In this document: positions 1 to 9,443 of the stretch, one piece after another
Position numbering within the stretch: the stretch's first letter is position 1
Layout of the letters: every line of letters begins with the position of its first letter
Assembly (NCBI GenBank): GCA_017615975.1
Contig: JAFZYZ010000027.1
Span: 1-51,445 of the forward strand
Reading direction: 5' to 3'
From: Clostridia bacterium
Lineage (GTDB): Bacteria; Bacillota; Clostridia; Christensenellales; Borkfalkiaceae
DNA: 51,445 nucleotides
Made by a program: the position numbers and the translations under genes
Notes under the pieces: generated by a model
Told to the model about the DNA's origin: nothing
Database searches by the model: none
The model's input: only the letters and a program-made list of their open reading frames with translations

Positions 1-504
1 GTTGAATATTTCTATCCCGCGGGCGGCACGCATACTTCTGAAAATAATAACCTTTCGGTAACCGCCATAATCGGCACTTTCGATATGGTAAACGGTGCGT
101 CGGTAAGAATAACCACTGCGGAAAGTAGCGGTATCAGATGGACGGCGAACGTTGATTCGGATTCCAAAGGGCACGTTCTTTACTGGGGTAAGGACGGCAC
201 TACTTACGGTACTGAAATTTCCGCCGACGGATTTAGTAGCAATTTTGATATTAAAACTAATTACTGGGCAAGCGATACGTCTTACAACGCGGTGCTTACC
301 GATATCAATTCCGATTACTATACTACGGAATTTACCGCAAAAGCGTACGTTGACGTAGTATATGACGACGGAACGACTTCGAGAATTTACGCAAACGGCA
401 CGGGTATTACCCGTTCTATAAGCGCGGTTGCCGCGGCGGCTTTAAGTGCCGGCGGATATACTGCGAGAGAGACGGAAATTCTTACCGTTATTGCGGGTGC
501 GTAA
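1..504 (+). CDS. 3' fragment of a secreted glycan-locus protein (start lies upstream of the window)
   Basis: Frame 1 is open from base 1 to TAA 502-504. It contains a GASVRI..GIRW module that recurs near the C-terminus of the downstream 808-aa protein (FGASVRIDTDKEHAIRW). Confidence 0.55.
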   Translation, partial: VEYFYPAGGTHTSENNNLSVTAIIGTFDMVNGASVRITTAESSGIRWTANVDSDSKGHVLYWGKDGTTYGTEISADGFSSNFDIKTNYWASDTSYNAVLTDINSDYYTTEFTAKAYVDVVYDDGTTSRIYANGTGITRSISAVAAAALSAGGYTARETEILTVIAGA

Positions 505-521
505 TCGTTGGAGATGGGTTT

Positions 522-653
522 ATGAAGAAAAAATACTATTTAACACCCGATTACTGGGTTTATACGTTCGGCGATAACGACGTGGTCGTTATGAGTCTGG
601 GCGACGTCGATAAGGATATCATCGGTTGGGATCCCGAAGGCGAAGGGTTTTAA
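522..653 (+). CDS. candidate 43-aa small protein (MKKKYYLTPDYWVYTFGDNDVVVMSLGDVDKDIIGWDPEGEGF)
   Basis: Below the ORF-track length cut-off. ATG 522 is preceded by GGAG (510-513). The stop TAA 651-653 lies inside the AAGGAG Shine-Dalgarno of the next gene. Codon usage resembles the neighbours, and the ORF fills an otherwise empty gap. Confidence 0.35.
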   Translation: MKKKYYLTPDYWVYTFGDNDVVVMSLGDVDKDIIGWDPEGEGF

Positions 654-666
654 GGAGTGAACGGGT

Positions 667-3093
667 ATGAAAATCAGATTTAAAAACAGACTGTTAAAAA
701 CCTGCATAGCGTTCGCGTTATGTTTAGCACTCTTTTTGCCTGCGGCGGGCTTCAATAATACGGGCACGGCAAAAGCCAGCGTGGAACATATTATACGTGA
801 TTATTCCGCGCTTGATACCGACAGGTTTATGATAGGCGGATTTTACGGCGCGGACGTAACTACCGACGAGGGCGTTACCTTGCTTAAAAATTCGGGCTTG
901 GATTTTACGACTATGTACGGCAACCATTTTGAAGATATAACCAGCCTTTATTTTAGCACGGGCAACACTTCCGTTATCGAAGCGATTTACGACAGGTTAC
1001 ACGCGGCAGGTCTTAAAATAATGATAGAAGGCGGCAGGGGAACTCAACCTGCGGCAACGGGTATGACGGGCGTTAAAAACGTCAGCGGTATTCCTTACGA
1101 TTATTCAAACATATCGCCTACTGCTACTACTTACGGCGCGTGGTCTGAAATCGGTATGGGACTTAGTTACGACGACGTGGTAATCGGTTCGCAGTTATGG
1201 GACGAACCGTTCGATTCTGAGATCGACGTTATGGATGATTATCTTGAAAGATATGAAAGCGCGTTCCCCGACAAACTGTTCTTCGTCAACCTTTTTGCAA
1301 GGGAGTCGATTGACATCGGCAATTTTGATTTGAACGGCGACGGTTATGCGGATTCTCGCGATTACGTCTATTACGTCAAGCATTATGCGAATAACGTCGT
1401 CGATAATATGACGAACGACAAAATAAAGATGATATCAACCGACCCGTATCCTTTTAATAGGGTTAATACTGATTCGCCTGCGTATTATTATATCAATCCG
1501 TATTATTTTACTACGCTTGCTACTTCGGCAATCGAGGCGAAAGCGCACGGTGCAAGTCTTTCTTACTACGTGCAAACTATGGACTGTTCGCAGGAAAGTC
1601 AACCGTATAAAAACAGCCGCGACGTAAAGGGCTTAGCGGATATTACTATGCAGTACAACGTCGCTATGGCGTTCGGTGCTAAACAGATTATAAATTTCTG
1701 CTACGAAACGCCGAATATCGCCGATCCGTTTTTGTCCGAAGCATTAGTTACGGCGGAGGGCGTTCCGACGACGAGATATACTTGCGTTCAAAACGCTGCT
1801 TACAAAGCGCACTCAATAGGTCAGGCGTTTATGCGCTTTAACTGGAACGGCACGGTTATCGCCAAAGGCACGCTAAAAGACCGTTTCAGTACGACGTATA
1901 ACAGGGTGGGCGGTTCGACGTTTAACTGCTACGCCGATCTCGACGGCACGATTTACGGCGGTAATTACTATTACAAATCACTTATTCCTTACGCAAGCGA
2001 TTATAACTCTAATGCGACTACCAGAACGACTCTTTCGGGCAACAACCTGTTAAACGTTGCGTCTTCGCAGACGGCGATGGTGGGTTGCTTTACCGACGAC
2101 GCAGGCTATAACGGCTATATGCTTGCAAGCGGCGACGACGCGATTTCAAATACCGCTACCGCTATGGCGCTTACGTTCGACAGTTCTACCGAAAAGGTAA
2201 GAATTTTTAACGGCGTGCAAAACGCTACTAACGACAATAAAGAATATTACGACGTGGATTTAACCAATCACACCCTTAATATTTCACTTGGCGCTGGCGA
2301 AGGCGTGTTCGTCGTCCCCTTTAAGGCTACGGAAGTTAATAGCGTCAATCTCGTTGTAGAAGGCAATTCTAACGAAGTGATTAAAGTTGAAGCGGGCGGT
2401 GATTACGTTTTAGAAGACAGACTTTCGGGGTTAGACGCAGAAAAGCCGTTAGTCGGATATCTTTACGGCGGCAATCTTTATCCCATCGGCTATACTATTG
2501 AAAATATTACTTCCGATATAACCCTTACCGCCGTGTATATCGACTTGAAGATGGAATTCGGGGCGTCGGTAAGAATCGATACCGATAAAGAACACGCTAT
2601 AAGGTGGCGGGCGTATCTCAACAAAGACGATTACGTCGCAATAGGTAATACGTACACCGTCGTGGGCTACGGGTTTACCGTGATGAGTCCCGACAGAAAG
2701 GGTGCGCTGACTATCGACGTGGCTGTCGGTAATTTCGTAGACGTAGGTGATGAATACAGGCTTTCGGGCGTTTTAACGCATTTAAGCGATGAAGAACTTT
2801 CGGAAGAGTTTGAGGCGCGTGCGTTCGTTAAGATTCGATTTGCCAACGGGCAGACCAAAAAGGTGCACGCCCGCGGGAACGACAACTTGCGTTCTATCGC
2901 GAACGTTGCCAAAGCCGCGTATAACGACCAGACCGCAAACTGGAACACCGTTCAACTTGAAAGGTTAAGGCTGTTATCCGCATCGTACGGATACGTTGAT
3001 AATCTTGGTTCTATGTACGACTGGCTTGCCGAGGCAAACGGCGACAACGTGGGTTCGCTTGATTACTGGTTAAGGCTTATCGGACTAGGCTAA
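667..3093 (+). CDS. secreted glycoside-hydrolase-like protein, 808 aa (family not assignable by eye)
   Basis: AAGGAG lies 9 nt upstream. N-terminal signal peptide (KTCIAFALCLALFLPAAG..AKA). The core is paralogous to the products of 3119-4321 and 9433-10854 (shared FMIGG, W/Y-DEP and F-VNL motifs), suggesting a (beta/alpha)8-type fold. C-terminal GASVRI..IRW module. Confidence 0.6.
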   Translation: MKIRFKNRLLKTCIAFALCLALFLPAAGFNNTGTAKASVEHIIRDYSALDTDRFMIGGFYGADVTTDEGVTLLKNSGLDFTTMYGNHFEDITSLYFSTGNTSVIEAIYDRLHAAGLKIMIEGGRGTQPAATGMTGVKNVSGIPYDYSNISPTATTYGAWSEIGMGLSYDDVVIGSQLWDEPFDSEIDVMDDYLERYESAFPDKLFFVNLFARESIDIGNFDLNGDGYADSRDYVYYVKHYANNVVDNMTNDKIKMISTDPYPFNRVNTDSPAYYYINPYYFTTLATSAIEAKAHGASLSYYVQTMDCSQESQPYKNSRDVKGLADITMQYNVAMAFGAKQIINFCYETPNIADPFLSEALVTAEGVPTTRYTCVQNAAYKAHSIGQAFMRFNWNGTVIAKGTLKDRFSTTYNRVGGSTFNCYADLDGTIYGGNYYYKSLIPYASDYNSNATTRTTLSGNNLLNVASSQTAMVGCFTDDAGYNGYMLASGDDAISNTATAMALTFDSSTEKVRIFNGVQNATNDNKEYYDVDLTNHTLNISLGAGEGVFVVPFKATEVNSVNLVVEGNSNEVIKVEAGGDYVLEDRLSGLDAEKPLVGYLYGGNLYPIGYTIENITSDITLTAVYIDLKMEFGASVRIDTDKEHAIRWRAYLNKDDYVAIGNTYTVVGYGFTVMSPDRKGALTIDVAVGNFVDVGDEYRLSGVLTHLSDEELSEEFEARAFVKIRFANGQTKKVHARGNDNLRSIANVAKAAYNDQTANWNTVQLERLRLLSASYGYVDNLGSMYDWLAEANGDNVGSLDYWLRLIGLG

Positions 3094-3118
3094 ACATTTT
3101 CACCAAGGCACTTTACTA

Positions 3119-4321
3119 ATGGACTTACATAATAAATTTATGATCGGGGGCTGGCAAGCGCCGCCCCCGACGGTTGCAAATTACAGAACGCTTATTAAAT
3201 GCGGCATCAATACCATATTTCTTAACGGAGACTACACGGCGACGGAAAGTTTAGTTAGGAAAGGGGTTATCGCTGCCGAAAAAACAGGCGTTTCTATCAT
3301 TTTAGAGGGGAAAAACGATTTAACTTCTCCCGTTCTTTTCAAAAATCGGTATAAAAAATTTGATTGTATAGCCGGCGTCAACGTTTACGATGAGCCGACT
3401 TTTGCGCAACTTAAAGACATTGAGAATATAAGCCCCAAATTCAAAAAAGCCTACGGGGACAAGGCGTTCTACGTCAATCTTCTGCCGAGTTATGCGCCGG
3501 CGGAGGTAATTAACTCAAATTTTGCCCTTTATATCGAAGAATATGCTAAAATAATAAGTAGAATAGAGAATAACGGCTGGCTGTCTTTCGATTTCTATCC
3601 GTTGGAAATAACGGAAGAGGGAGAATACCGTTTAATTCCGACCTGGGTGTCCGACGTGGAGACTATGGCGCGGATTGCCAAGAAGTACCGTTTAAGACCG
3701 CACTTTTTTATTCAGAGTATGGCGTACGGCGGAACTATCACCAAGTCGCATAACCGCCAGCCGATTATAGAAGATTTTAGGTTGCAAATTTATACTTATC
3801 TTGCTTACGGGGCGAAGGGGTTTACGCATTTTTGCTATCAGAGTCCCGTTTCGCCCGAATTCAGCGAAACGCAGACGGGATTGCTTTTAAACGGCAAGAA
3901 AACCGACAGATGGCGCGTAGCGCAGAAAGTTCATAAGGAAATTTTTGCGTTTTTAGACGAATACGACGCTATGGCTTGGCAGGGCTGCGTTAAAATCCGC
4001 GGCAAAAACGGCGATGCGCTTGCGTTCAACGGGCTTAACGGGTTCGGCTTTTCAGATTGCGAATTTATAAAATCGGTAAAGTCCGATGAAAATATACTTG
4101 TAGGCGTGTTTAAGGGCGAAAACGGCAAAGAAGGCTATATTTTCGTAAACTTTGCCGACACGAGCAAAAATATCACCGCACGGGTTTCTTTGCGCGTGAA
4201 GAAACGACTTTCGCTTAACGTTTATAAAAAAGGTGTAAAAACGGTTAAGACCGTTATAAACAAAGCCTCTTTCTCTCTCGGAAAAGGCGAAGGCGTGTTT
4301 ATAACGGCGGAAAACCTGTAA
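3119..4321 (+). CDS. cytoplasmic paralogue of the glycoside-hydrolase-like family, 400 aa
   Basis: No signal peptide. The motifs FMIGGWQ, GVNVYDEP and FYVNLLPSY align with the 808-aa and 473-aa paralogues. The start is weakly supported (poor SD). Confidence 0.6.
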   Translation: MDLHNKFMIGGWQAPPPTVANYRTLIKCGINTIFLNGDYTATESLVRKGVIAAEKTGVSIILEGKNDLTSPVLFKNRYKKFDCIAGVNVYDEPTFAQLKDIENISPKFKKAYGDKAFYVNLLPSYAPAEVINSNFALYIEEYAKIISRIENNGWLSFDFYPLEITEEGEYRLIPTWVSDVETMARIAKKYRLRPHFFIQSMAYGGTITKSHNRQPIIEDFRLQIYTYLAYGAKGFTHFCYQSPVSPEFSETQTGLLLNGKKTDRWRVAQKVHKEIFAFLDEYDAMAWQGCVKIRGKNGDALAFNGLNGFGFSDCEFIKSVKSDENILVGVFKGENGKEGYIFVNFADTSKNITARVSLRVKKRLSLNVYKKGVKTVKTVINKASFSLGKGEGVFITAENL

Positions 4322-4333
4322 TACGGAGACACT

Positions 4334-5254
4334 ATGGAAAATATCGTGTTCAACAAACAACCAAGAATGCCGCTTAAAAGGGTGATATTCATTCTGAGTT
4401 TTATTATCATCCCGACGGTTAACTTTCTCGTGTTTTACGTTTACGTTAATTTCGACGGTATTCTTATGGCGTTCTACACGCCGCTTATCGACGGAAGTAA
4501 AGAGTGGGGCTTTCAGCATTTTTCGCTGTTTTTTCAGGATATAACCAGCGGCGAACTTAAAATTGCCTTTCTCAACACTTTTAAGACTTTCGGCATAAAT
4601 TTAATTATTTTCCCCTGGGGTATCGTCGTAGCCTATTTCCTTTATAAAAAGATATTCGGCTACAAGGTTTTCAGAATATTGTTCTTCTTGCCCAGCGTTA
4701 TTAACTCAATTATAGTCGTTATAGTCTATAAGAGCCTTATCGGTATAGACGGGCCTATCGCTAAACTCGTTCAGGATTTATTTAATCTTGAAACTACCCC
4801 CGCGCTATTGCAAGAACCGAGATTCGCTAACGCTTTCGTGTGGGTTCATATGCTTTGGCTTTCCTTCCCCGGCGATATGATTATCTGGGGCGGGGCGTTC
4901 GCGCGTATTCCCGAAAGCGTTATAGAGTCCGCAAGACTTGACGGCGCAAGTTGGACTACCGAACTCAATAAAATTATTCTGCCTATGATTTGGCCGACTT
5001 TCGCGCTGAAATTCATTATGCTGTTCTCGGCGATTTTCAGTTCTACCGGCGCGGTGTTCCTGCTTACAAGAGGTCAGGCGGATACTATCACTTTCGCCGT
5101 ATGGCAATACCTGATAATTCTCGACAACCCGCCTAGCAGTTCGCTGTTTAACTATATGTCGGCAGTCGGTATTATGGTAACTTTGGTCGCTATGGTTATC
5201 GTAGTCGTTTGCAAATACTTTGAAAACAAATTTTTCAAAGACGTGGATTATTAA
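4334..5254 (+). CDS. carbohydrate ABC transporter permease (MalF/LplB-type)
   Basis: 306 aa with multiple hydrophobic spans. EAA loop ESARLDGASWTTELNKIILPMIWP. GGAGA SD 5 nt upstream. Confidence 0.85.
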   Translation: MENIVFNKQPRMPLKRVIFILSFIIIPTVNFLVFYVYVNFDGILMAFYTPLIDGSKEWGFQHFSLFFQDITSGELKIAFLNTFKTFGINLIIFPWGIVVAYFLYKKIFGYKVFRILFFLPSVINSIIVVIVYKSLIGIDGPIAKLVQDLFNLETTPALLQEPRFANAFVWVHMLWLSFPGDMIIWGGAFARIPESVIESARLDGASWTTELNKIILPMIWPTFALKFIMLFSAIFSSTGAVFLLTRGQADTITFAVWQYLIILDNPPSSSLFNYMSAVGIMVTLVAMVIVVVCKYFENKFFKDVDY

Positions 5255-5268
5255 GGAGGAAATAAAGT

Positions 5269-6120
5269 ATGTTCGGCAGAAAAACTCTTGCGGAAAAAAT
5301 ATTATATACTTTTATGTTCGTTCTTTTTTCTGCGTTTGCACTTTCTTATCTGTATATTTTCTTTTTCGGTATTACGTCTTCGCTGAAAGATATGATGGGG
5401 ATAGTCAACGAACCGTTTTCCGTACCTTCCTTTTCAGAGGCAAACTGGCGGGTATTTATCGACGTTTTCAGCGAGTTCAGCGTAAACGACGTCGGATTTT
5501 TCGAAATGACTTTCAACAGCATATGGTTTTCGGTCGTTCCGTCGGCAGGCGGAATACTGTGCTGCTCTATGCTGGCTTACGTTACGACAAAATATAAATT
5601 TTTCGGCGCTAAAGCCTATTATTACGTTTCCTTCGTCGTAATGCTTTTGCCCATTTACAGTTCGGGCGCTGCGGCGTACAAACTTATTCACGATTTAGGG
5701 TTTATAAACAACTACGCTTACGTCGTGTTAGGGTTCGGCGGGATAGGCGCAACGTATATGTTTTTTGCGGCGTTCTATAAAAATCTGTCCTGGAGTTATG
5801 CCGAAGCCGCGTTTATCGACGGCGCTAACGACTGGCAGGTGTTCTTTAAAGTAATGCTGCCGCAGAGTATTTCCATGCTGGGCGCGCTGTTCCTTTTAGC
5901 CTGGATGGGCGCTTGGAACAGTTATGACGCGCAACTATTATATTTGCAGGAACTTCCGACTCTTGCCGTCGGTATCTATTATTTCCAGTCGTTAAGCGCA
6001 ATGAACAGGCCGTATCTGTTTGCGGCGTGTATGATTTCGTGCATCCCGACTCTCGTTATGTTTATAGCGTTCAACAACGTTCTTATGAGTAATATTTCGC
6101 TTGGCGGAATAAAAGAATAA
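5269..6120 (+). CDS. carbohydrate ABC transporter permease (MalG/LplC-type)
   Basis: 283 aa. EAA loop EAAFIDGANDWQVFFKVMLPQS. AAGGAGG SD. Confidence 0.85.
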   Translation: MFGRKTLAEKILYTFMFVLFSAFALSYLYIFFFGITSSLKDMMGIVNEPFSVPSFSEANWRVFIDVFSEFSVNDVGFFEMTFNSIWFSVVPSAGGILCCSMLAYVTTKYKFFGAKAYYYVSFVVMLLPIYSSGAAAYKLIHDLGFINNYAYVVLGFGGIGATYMFFAAFYKNLSWSYAEAAFIDGANDWQVFFKVMLPQSISMLGALFLLAWMGAWNSYDAQLLYLQELPTLAVGIYYFQSLSAMNRPYLFAACMISCIPTLVMFIAFNNVLMSNISLGGIKE

Positions 6121-6152
6121 ATCATTAAAAACAATATTATAAGGAGTGAATT

Positions 6153-7694
6153 ATGAAAAAGATTATTTGTCTGTTGCTTTCGATTATCACCGCGTTTTCG
6201 GTGTCTTCGATGTTTGCCTGCGGCGGGAAGTCGGACGGCGGCGCGAACGTAATCGAAATCAATTACTGGAAAGCGGGACTCGGCGATGCGTACTTTAAGC
6301 AAATCGTGTCGGAGTTTAAGAAGGCTTATCCCGAATACGACGTGGACGTGAATTATCTCGCGGGCAACAACTTCGGTTCGGACTTTGCGAAGAACATAAC
6401 CACGGGCGCAAAATACAATACGATAGATTTGTATTTCGGACCGGATATGGATATTTCCTACAACAAATATTTAGAACCGCTTGATTCCGTTCTCGAAGAA
6501 GTCAACGACGGCGAAACCAAAAAAGTAGGCGAAAAGATAAGCGCAGACCTTTTAGACAGCGCCCAGAGTGCGGACGGAACTTATTACACCTTGCCTTACG
6601 GCGGCGGCGTGTGCGGTATAGTGTACAATAATACGCTTATGCAGGAAGTTCTTGAAAGCAGCGGACTTTCGTTGCCGAAAACGACGGACGAGTTATCTAT
6701 GTTGGCTTCCGCTATTACCGCAAAGTATAAGGGCAGCCGCAAAGCGTTTATTCACTTTAACGCGGGATACTGGGAATATATTCAGGACGTCTGGCAGGCG
6801 CAGTACGACGGACTTTCGCAGTACGAAGAATTTTACAGATTAGGCGCAACGCTTAACACTATCGGCACGAAGAACGAAACGCCGGATAAAAACATACTTT
6901 TGCGTGAAGACGGCAGGATTAAAGTGCTGGAAGTTTTCGAAAGCATATTAGCGTCCAGATTCGTAGTGCCCAGTTCCAACGATAACGAAATGCCCATTTC
7001 CCAGACGAAATTCGTAAGCGGCGATGCGGTTATGATGGTAAACGGTGCGTGGTTCGTAAACGAAACCAAGGGGCTTAATTCGCCTTACACCGATTTCAGA
7101 CTTATGAAAACGCCCGTTATAAGTTCCATAATAGAGAAATGCGACACCATAGACGACGACGAAACGCTGTCCGCGGTAATTTCCGCCGTGGACGCGGGTG
7201 AAGACGGTTATGCCGGCGTAAGCGAAGAAGACTTTGTAAGAGTAAAGGACGCAAGAAATCTTATCTGGCAGGTGTTCAGCCAGCACAGCGCTTGTATTCC
7301 TAATTACGCCACGGCAAAAGAAGGCGCTAAAAAGTTCGTTAAATTCTATTATTCCGATAAGGCGCAGAAGATTTTCAGCGACACCGTGCATATAGCGTTG
7401 CCGTTCACTTACGATAAAGCAGAGAATATTCCCGACGTTTCGGGTTGGAGTAATTACGAAAAAGACGCTTACGGATATTCCACGACGATGAAGATGCTCG
7501 GCGTTGCCAACGGCAAACGCAGTTCGCTGTTTACGCGCGGCAGTCTTTATAATTATCCGAGAATCGGTTCTAACAGCATAGTGTATCTTATGTCCAGATC
7601 GACCGATCCTAAATCGGCAAATACCGTGTGGAACGAGATGAAAACACTTTACAACAGCAATTGGAGCACTTACCTTTCGAGAGCAGGGTTATAA
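6153..7694 (+). CDS. extracellular solute-binding lipoprotein of the ABC importer
   Basis: 513 aa. Lipoprotein signal with the Cys in SSMFACGG. Its position directly after two permeases and its size are typical of LplA-type family-1 SBPs. No ATPase gene is present in the locus. Confidence 0.8.
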   Translation: MKKIICLLLSIITAFSVSSMFACGGKSDGGANVIEINYWKAGLGDAYFKQIVSEFKKAYPEYDVDVNYLAGNNFGSDFAKNITTGAKYNTIDLYFGPDMDISYNKYLEPLDSVLEEVNDGETKKVGEKISADLLDSAQSADGTYYTLPYGGGVCGIVYNNTLMQEVLESSGLSLPKTTDELSMLASAITAKYKGSRKAFIHFNAGYWEYIQDVWQAQYDGLSQYEEFYRLGATLNTIGTKNETPDKNILLREDGRIKVLEVFESILASRFVVPSSNDNEMPISQTKFVSGDAVMMVNGAWFVNETKGLNSPYTDFRLMKTPVISSIIEKCDTIDDDETLSAVISAVDAGEDGYAGVSEEDFVRVKDARNLIWQVFSQHSACIPNYATAKEGAKKFVKFYYSDKAQKIFSDTVHIALPFTYDKAENIPDVSGWSNYEKDAYGYSTTMKMLGVANGKRSSLFTRGSLYNYPRIGSNSIVYLMSRSTDPKSANTVWNEMKTLYNSNWSTYLSRAGL

Positions 7695-7706
7695 GGTTAA
7701 AAACAA

Positions 7707-9443
7707 ATGGATTATACGAAGACCAAAAAACTTAATATTCTGTTGATAGCGCTTGCGCTGATTGCGTTTATATTCGGCGGGGTGTTTTTCGGAATAAACA
7801 ATAAAACGGCGTACGCGGGCAAATCCAGAGTGGAAATTGCCACCGACGCGTCGTTTGACGAAGAGATTTCCCGTAGCAAGTGGTACGTCAACGGAAAAGT
7901 GCAGCACGAAATAGATTCCGAGACCGATAAAGGCGTTATCGTGTTCAATTCCGCGAGTGCGGCGTCCGCAAGGATTATAAGTTTAGAGCCCGCGGAAGAA
8001 TTAGTCGGCGGGGAAGCCTTAAACGAGTGTGCACACGGCGGAGTTTCGCTTAAAATTTCCCAACTGAACGGAGAATTCTATATCGTGTTCGGTCTGGAAT
8101 ACTCCTTTTCCGCCTTGGGCACGGGGAACTGTTCCGCTATAAGTTTTTACGGACAAAACGATAAAATCGCCGTCAGGGTGATAAATATCGAAGGTAAAGA
8201 CAATAGCAATCAACTTAACAAAACCGTAATACAGGAGATAGCGGCGACGTTCGATTATAACGAGACTATTACCGTGTCTTTCGATATTAAAACGGTAGCG
8301 GGGGCGGATTCCGCAAAGAAAGGTAAAATAGGGCTTGCCTTAAACGGTGTGAATTACTTAAATTACGACAACGCTTTGCCGTGCTATGCGGAAGGATATT
8401 TCGGATTTGCGCAGTCGGCCGTGTCGGGGGTAAGAATAACGTCGGTAAACGTCTATTCGTCGTCTTACGATTCGCCCACTACTTTTAACGTGGACGAAAA
8501 TTTCGACGACGGCGAGTTTGACGCGTCCAGACTTTTCACCAACAATAACGATTCGTCCGCCGCAGGCTATTACACGCCGGAAGGCGTTGCGTGCGAAGGC
8601 GGCGTGCTTAAATTCAACAACATAACGCAGTTCGGTTTTATGTCAACCTGTTCGGAATTTTCTAATTTCGAAATGATTTTCGACGTGCCGCACTTGCAGA
8701 GAAAGTTCGAGTACGACGACTACGGCAACGTTAAACTTTCCGCGTCGAGTTTTTTAGGTATCGCGATAGGCGCGCCCTTAAAGAACAATTCGCATTACGC
8801 GATAACTCAATCGGTGTTCGTATATTTTGCGGCGAAAGGGTACGTTGACGGTAATCCCGTCGGTATGAGCGTAGTGCTTTTGGAAAACTTTAAAACGGTA
8901 TATTCCACGGTTGTTAACAACGACGCGGACAATAATTTCTGGTCTTTGCAGAAGGCTTACGATATTTACGGCAAAGAAAAGTCTATGACTATGAAAGTAT
9001 CGATGATAGACGGCGCGCTTAACGTGTCTTTCAAGTGGGCGGGGGAAACGGATAATAAATACCGTACTCTTATAACGTACGATTTAGGATATACGCCGCT
9101 TGGGTTTATTCAGATACACGGGCAGGGTTCAAATTCTCTTGACGTCGTCAGGAACGATTCTCTTCCCTGTTCTAATTTCTGGCTGGACAATATCACGATA
9201 GTAAATAAGGATATAAATCCTAAAACGGAAGAACCGGAATTCGTTTCAAGTCTTATAGCGACGGGTGAAGATTTCGACTATATAGACACTTGGGACTACA
9301 GGCGCAAAACGATAGAAGCGGTAGAAGACGAAGACGGCGGTTGCGGCTCGGAAGTCGGTGCGGACGGGGCTTTAATTATAGGCCTGACTTTATTAGCGGC
9401 TTGTTCCGCGGTTATCGTAAGGAGAAGGAAAAATGAAAAATAA
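7707..9443 (+). CDS. membrane-anchored surface protein with two lectin/LamG-like halves and a GGCGSE-TM-basic C-terminus
   Basis: 578 aa. N-terminal TM (LNILLIALALIAFIFGGVFFGI). C-terminal GGCGSE (nt 9336-9353), then a hydrophobic span and RRRKNEK. The domain guess is weak. Confidence 0.6.
   Translation: MDYTKTKKLNILLIALALIAFIFGGVFFGINNKTAYAGKSRVEIATDASFDEEISRSKWYVNGKVQHEIDSETDKGVIVFNSASAASARIISLEPAEELVGGEALNECAHGGVSLKISQLNGEFYIVFGLEYSFSALGTGNCSAISFYGQNDKIAVRVINIEGKDNSNQLNKTVIQEIAATFDYNETITVSFDIKTVAGADSAKKGKIGLALNGVNYLNYDNALPCYAEGYFGFAQSAVSGVRITSVNVYSSSYDSPTTFNVDENFDDGEFDASRLFTNNNDSSAAGYYTPEGVACEGGVLKFNNITQFGFMSTCSEFSNFEMIFDVPHLQRKFEYDDYGNVKLSASSFLGIAIGAPLKNNSHYAITQSVFVYFAAKGYVDGNPVGMSVVLLENFKTVYSTVVNNDADNNFWSLQKAYDIYGKEKSMTMKVSMIDGALNVSFKWAGETDNKYRTLITYDLGYTPLGFIQIHGQGSNSLDVVRNDSLPCSNFWLDNITIVNKDINPKTEEPEFVSSLIATGEDFDYIDTWDYRRKTIEAVEDEDGGCGSEVGADGALIIGLTLLAACSAVIVRRRKNEK

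Noticed and set aside
540-927. Minus-strand ORFs 540-767 and 724-927
   Set aside because: They are antisense to the 43-aa ORF and to the signal-peptide region of the 808-aa gene, with no SD or motif.
4052-4519. 155-aa minus-strand ORF, and similar antisense ORFs at 6948-7391, 10108-10503, 10918-11346, 14801-15205, 23334-23759, 48410-48778 and 49043-49501
   Set aside because: Each lies inside a well-supported plus-strand gene and is Arg/Phe/Val-rich, as expected for the reverse frame of GC-third-position coding DNA. None has an SD or recognisable motif.
5220-5597. 125-aa plus-strand ORF overlapping the permease junction
   Set aside because: It is out of frame with two permease genes that have clear EAA loops, and it is Arg-rich and low-complexity.
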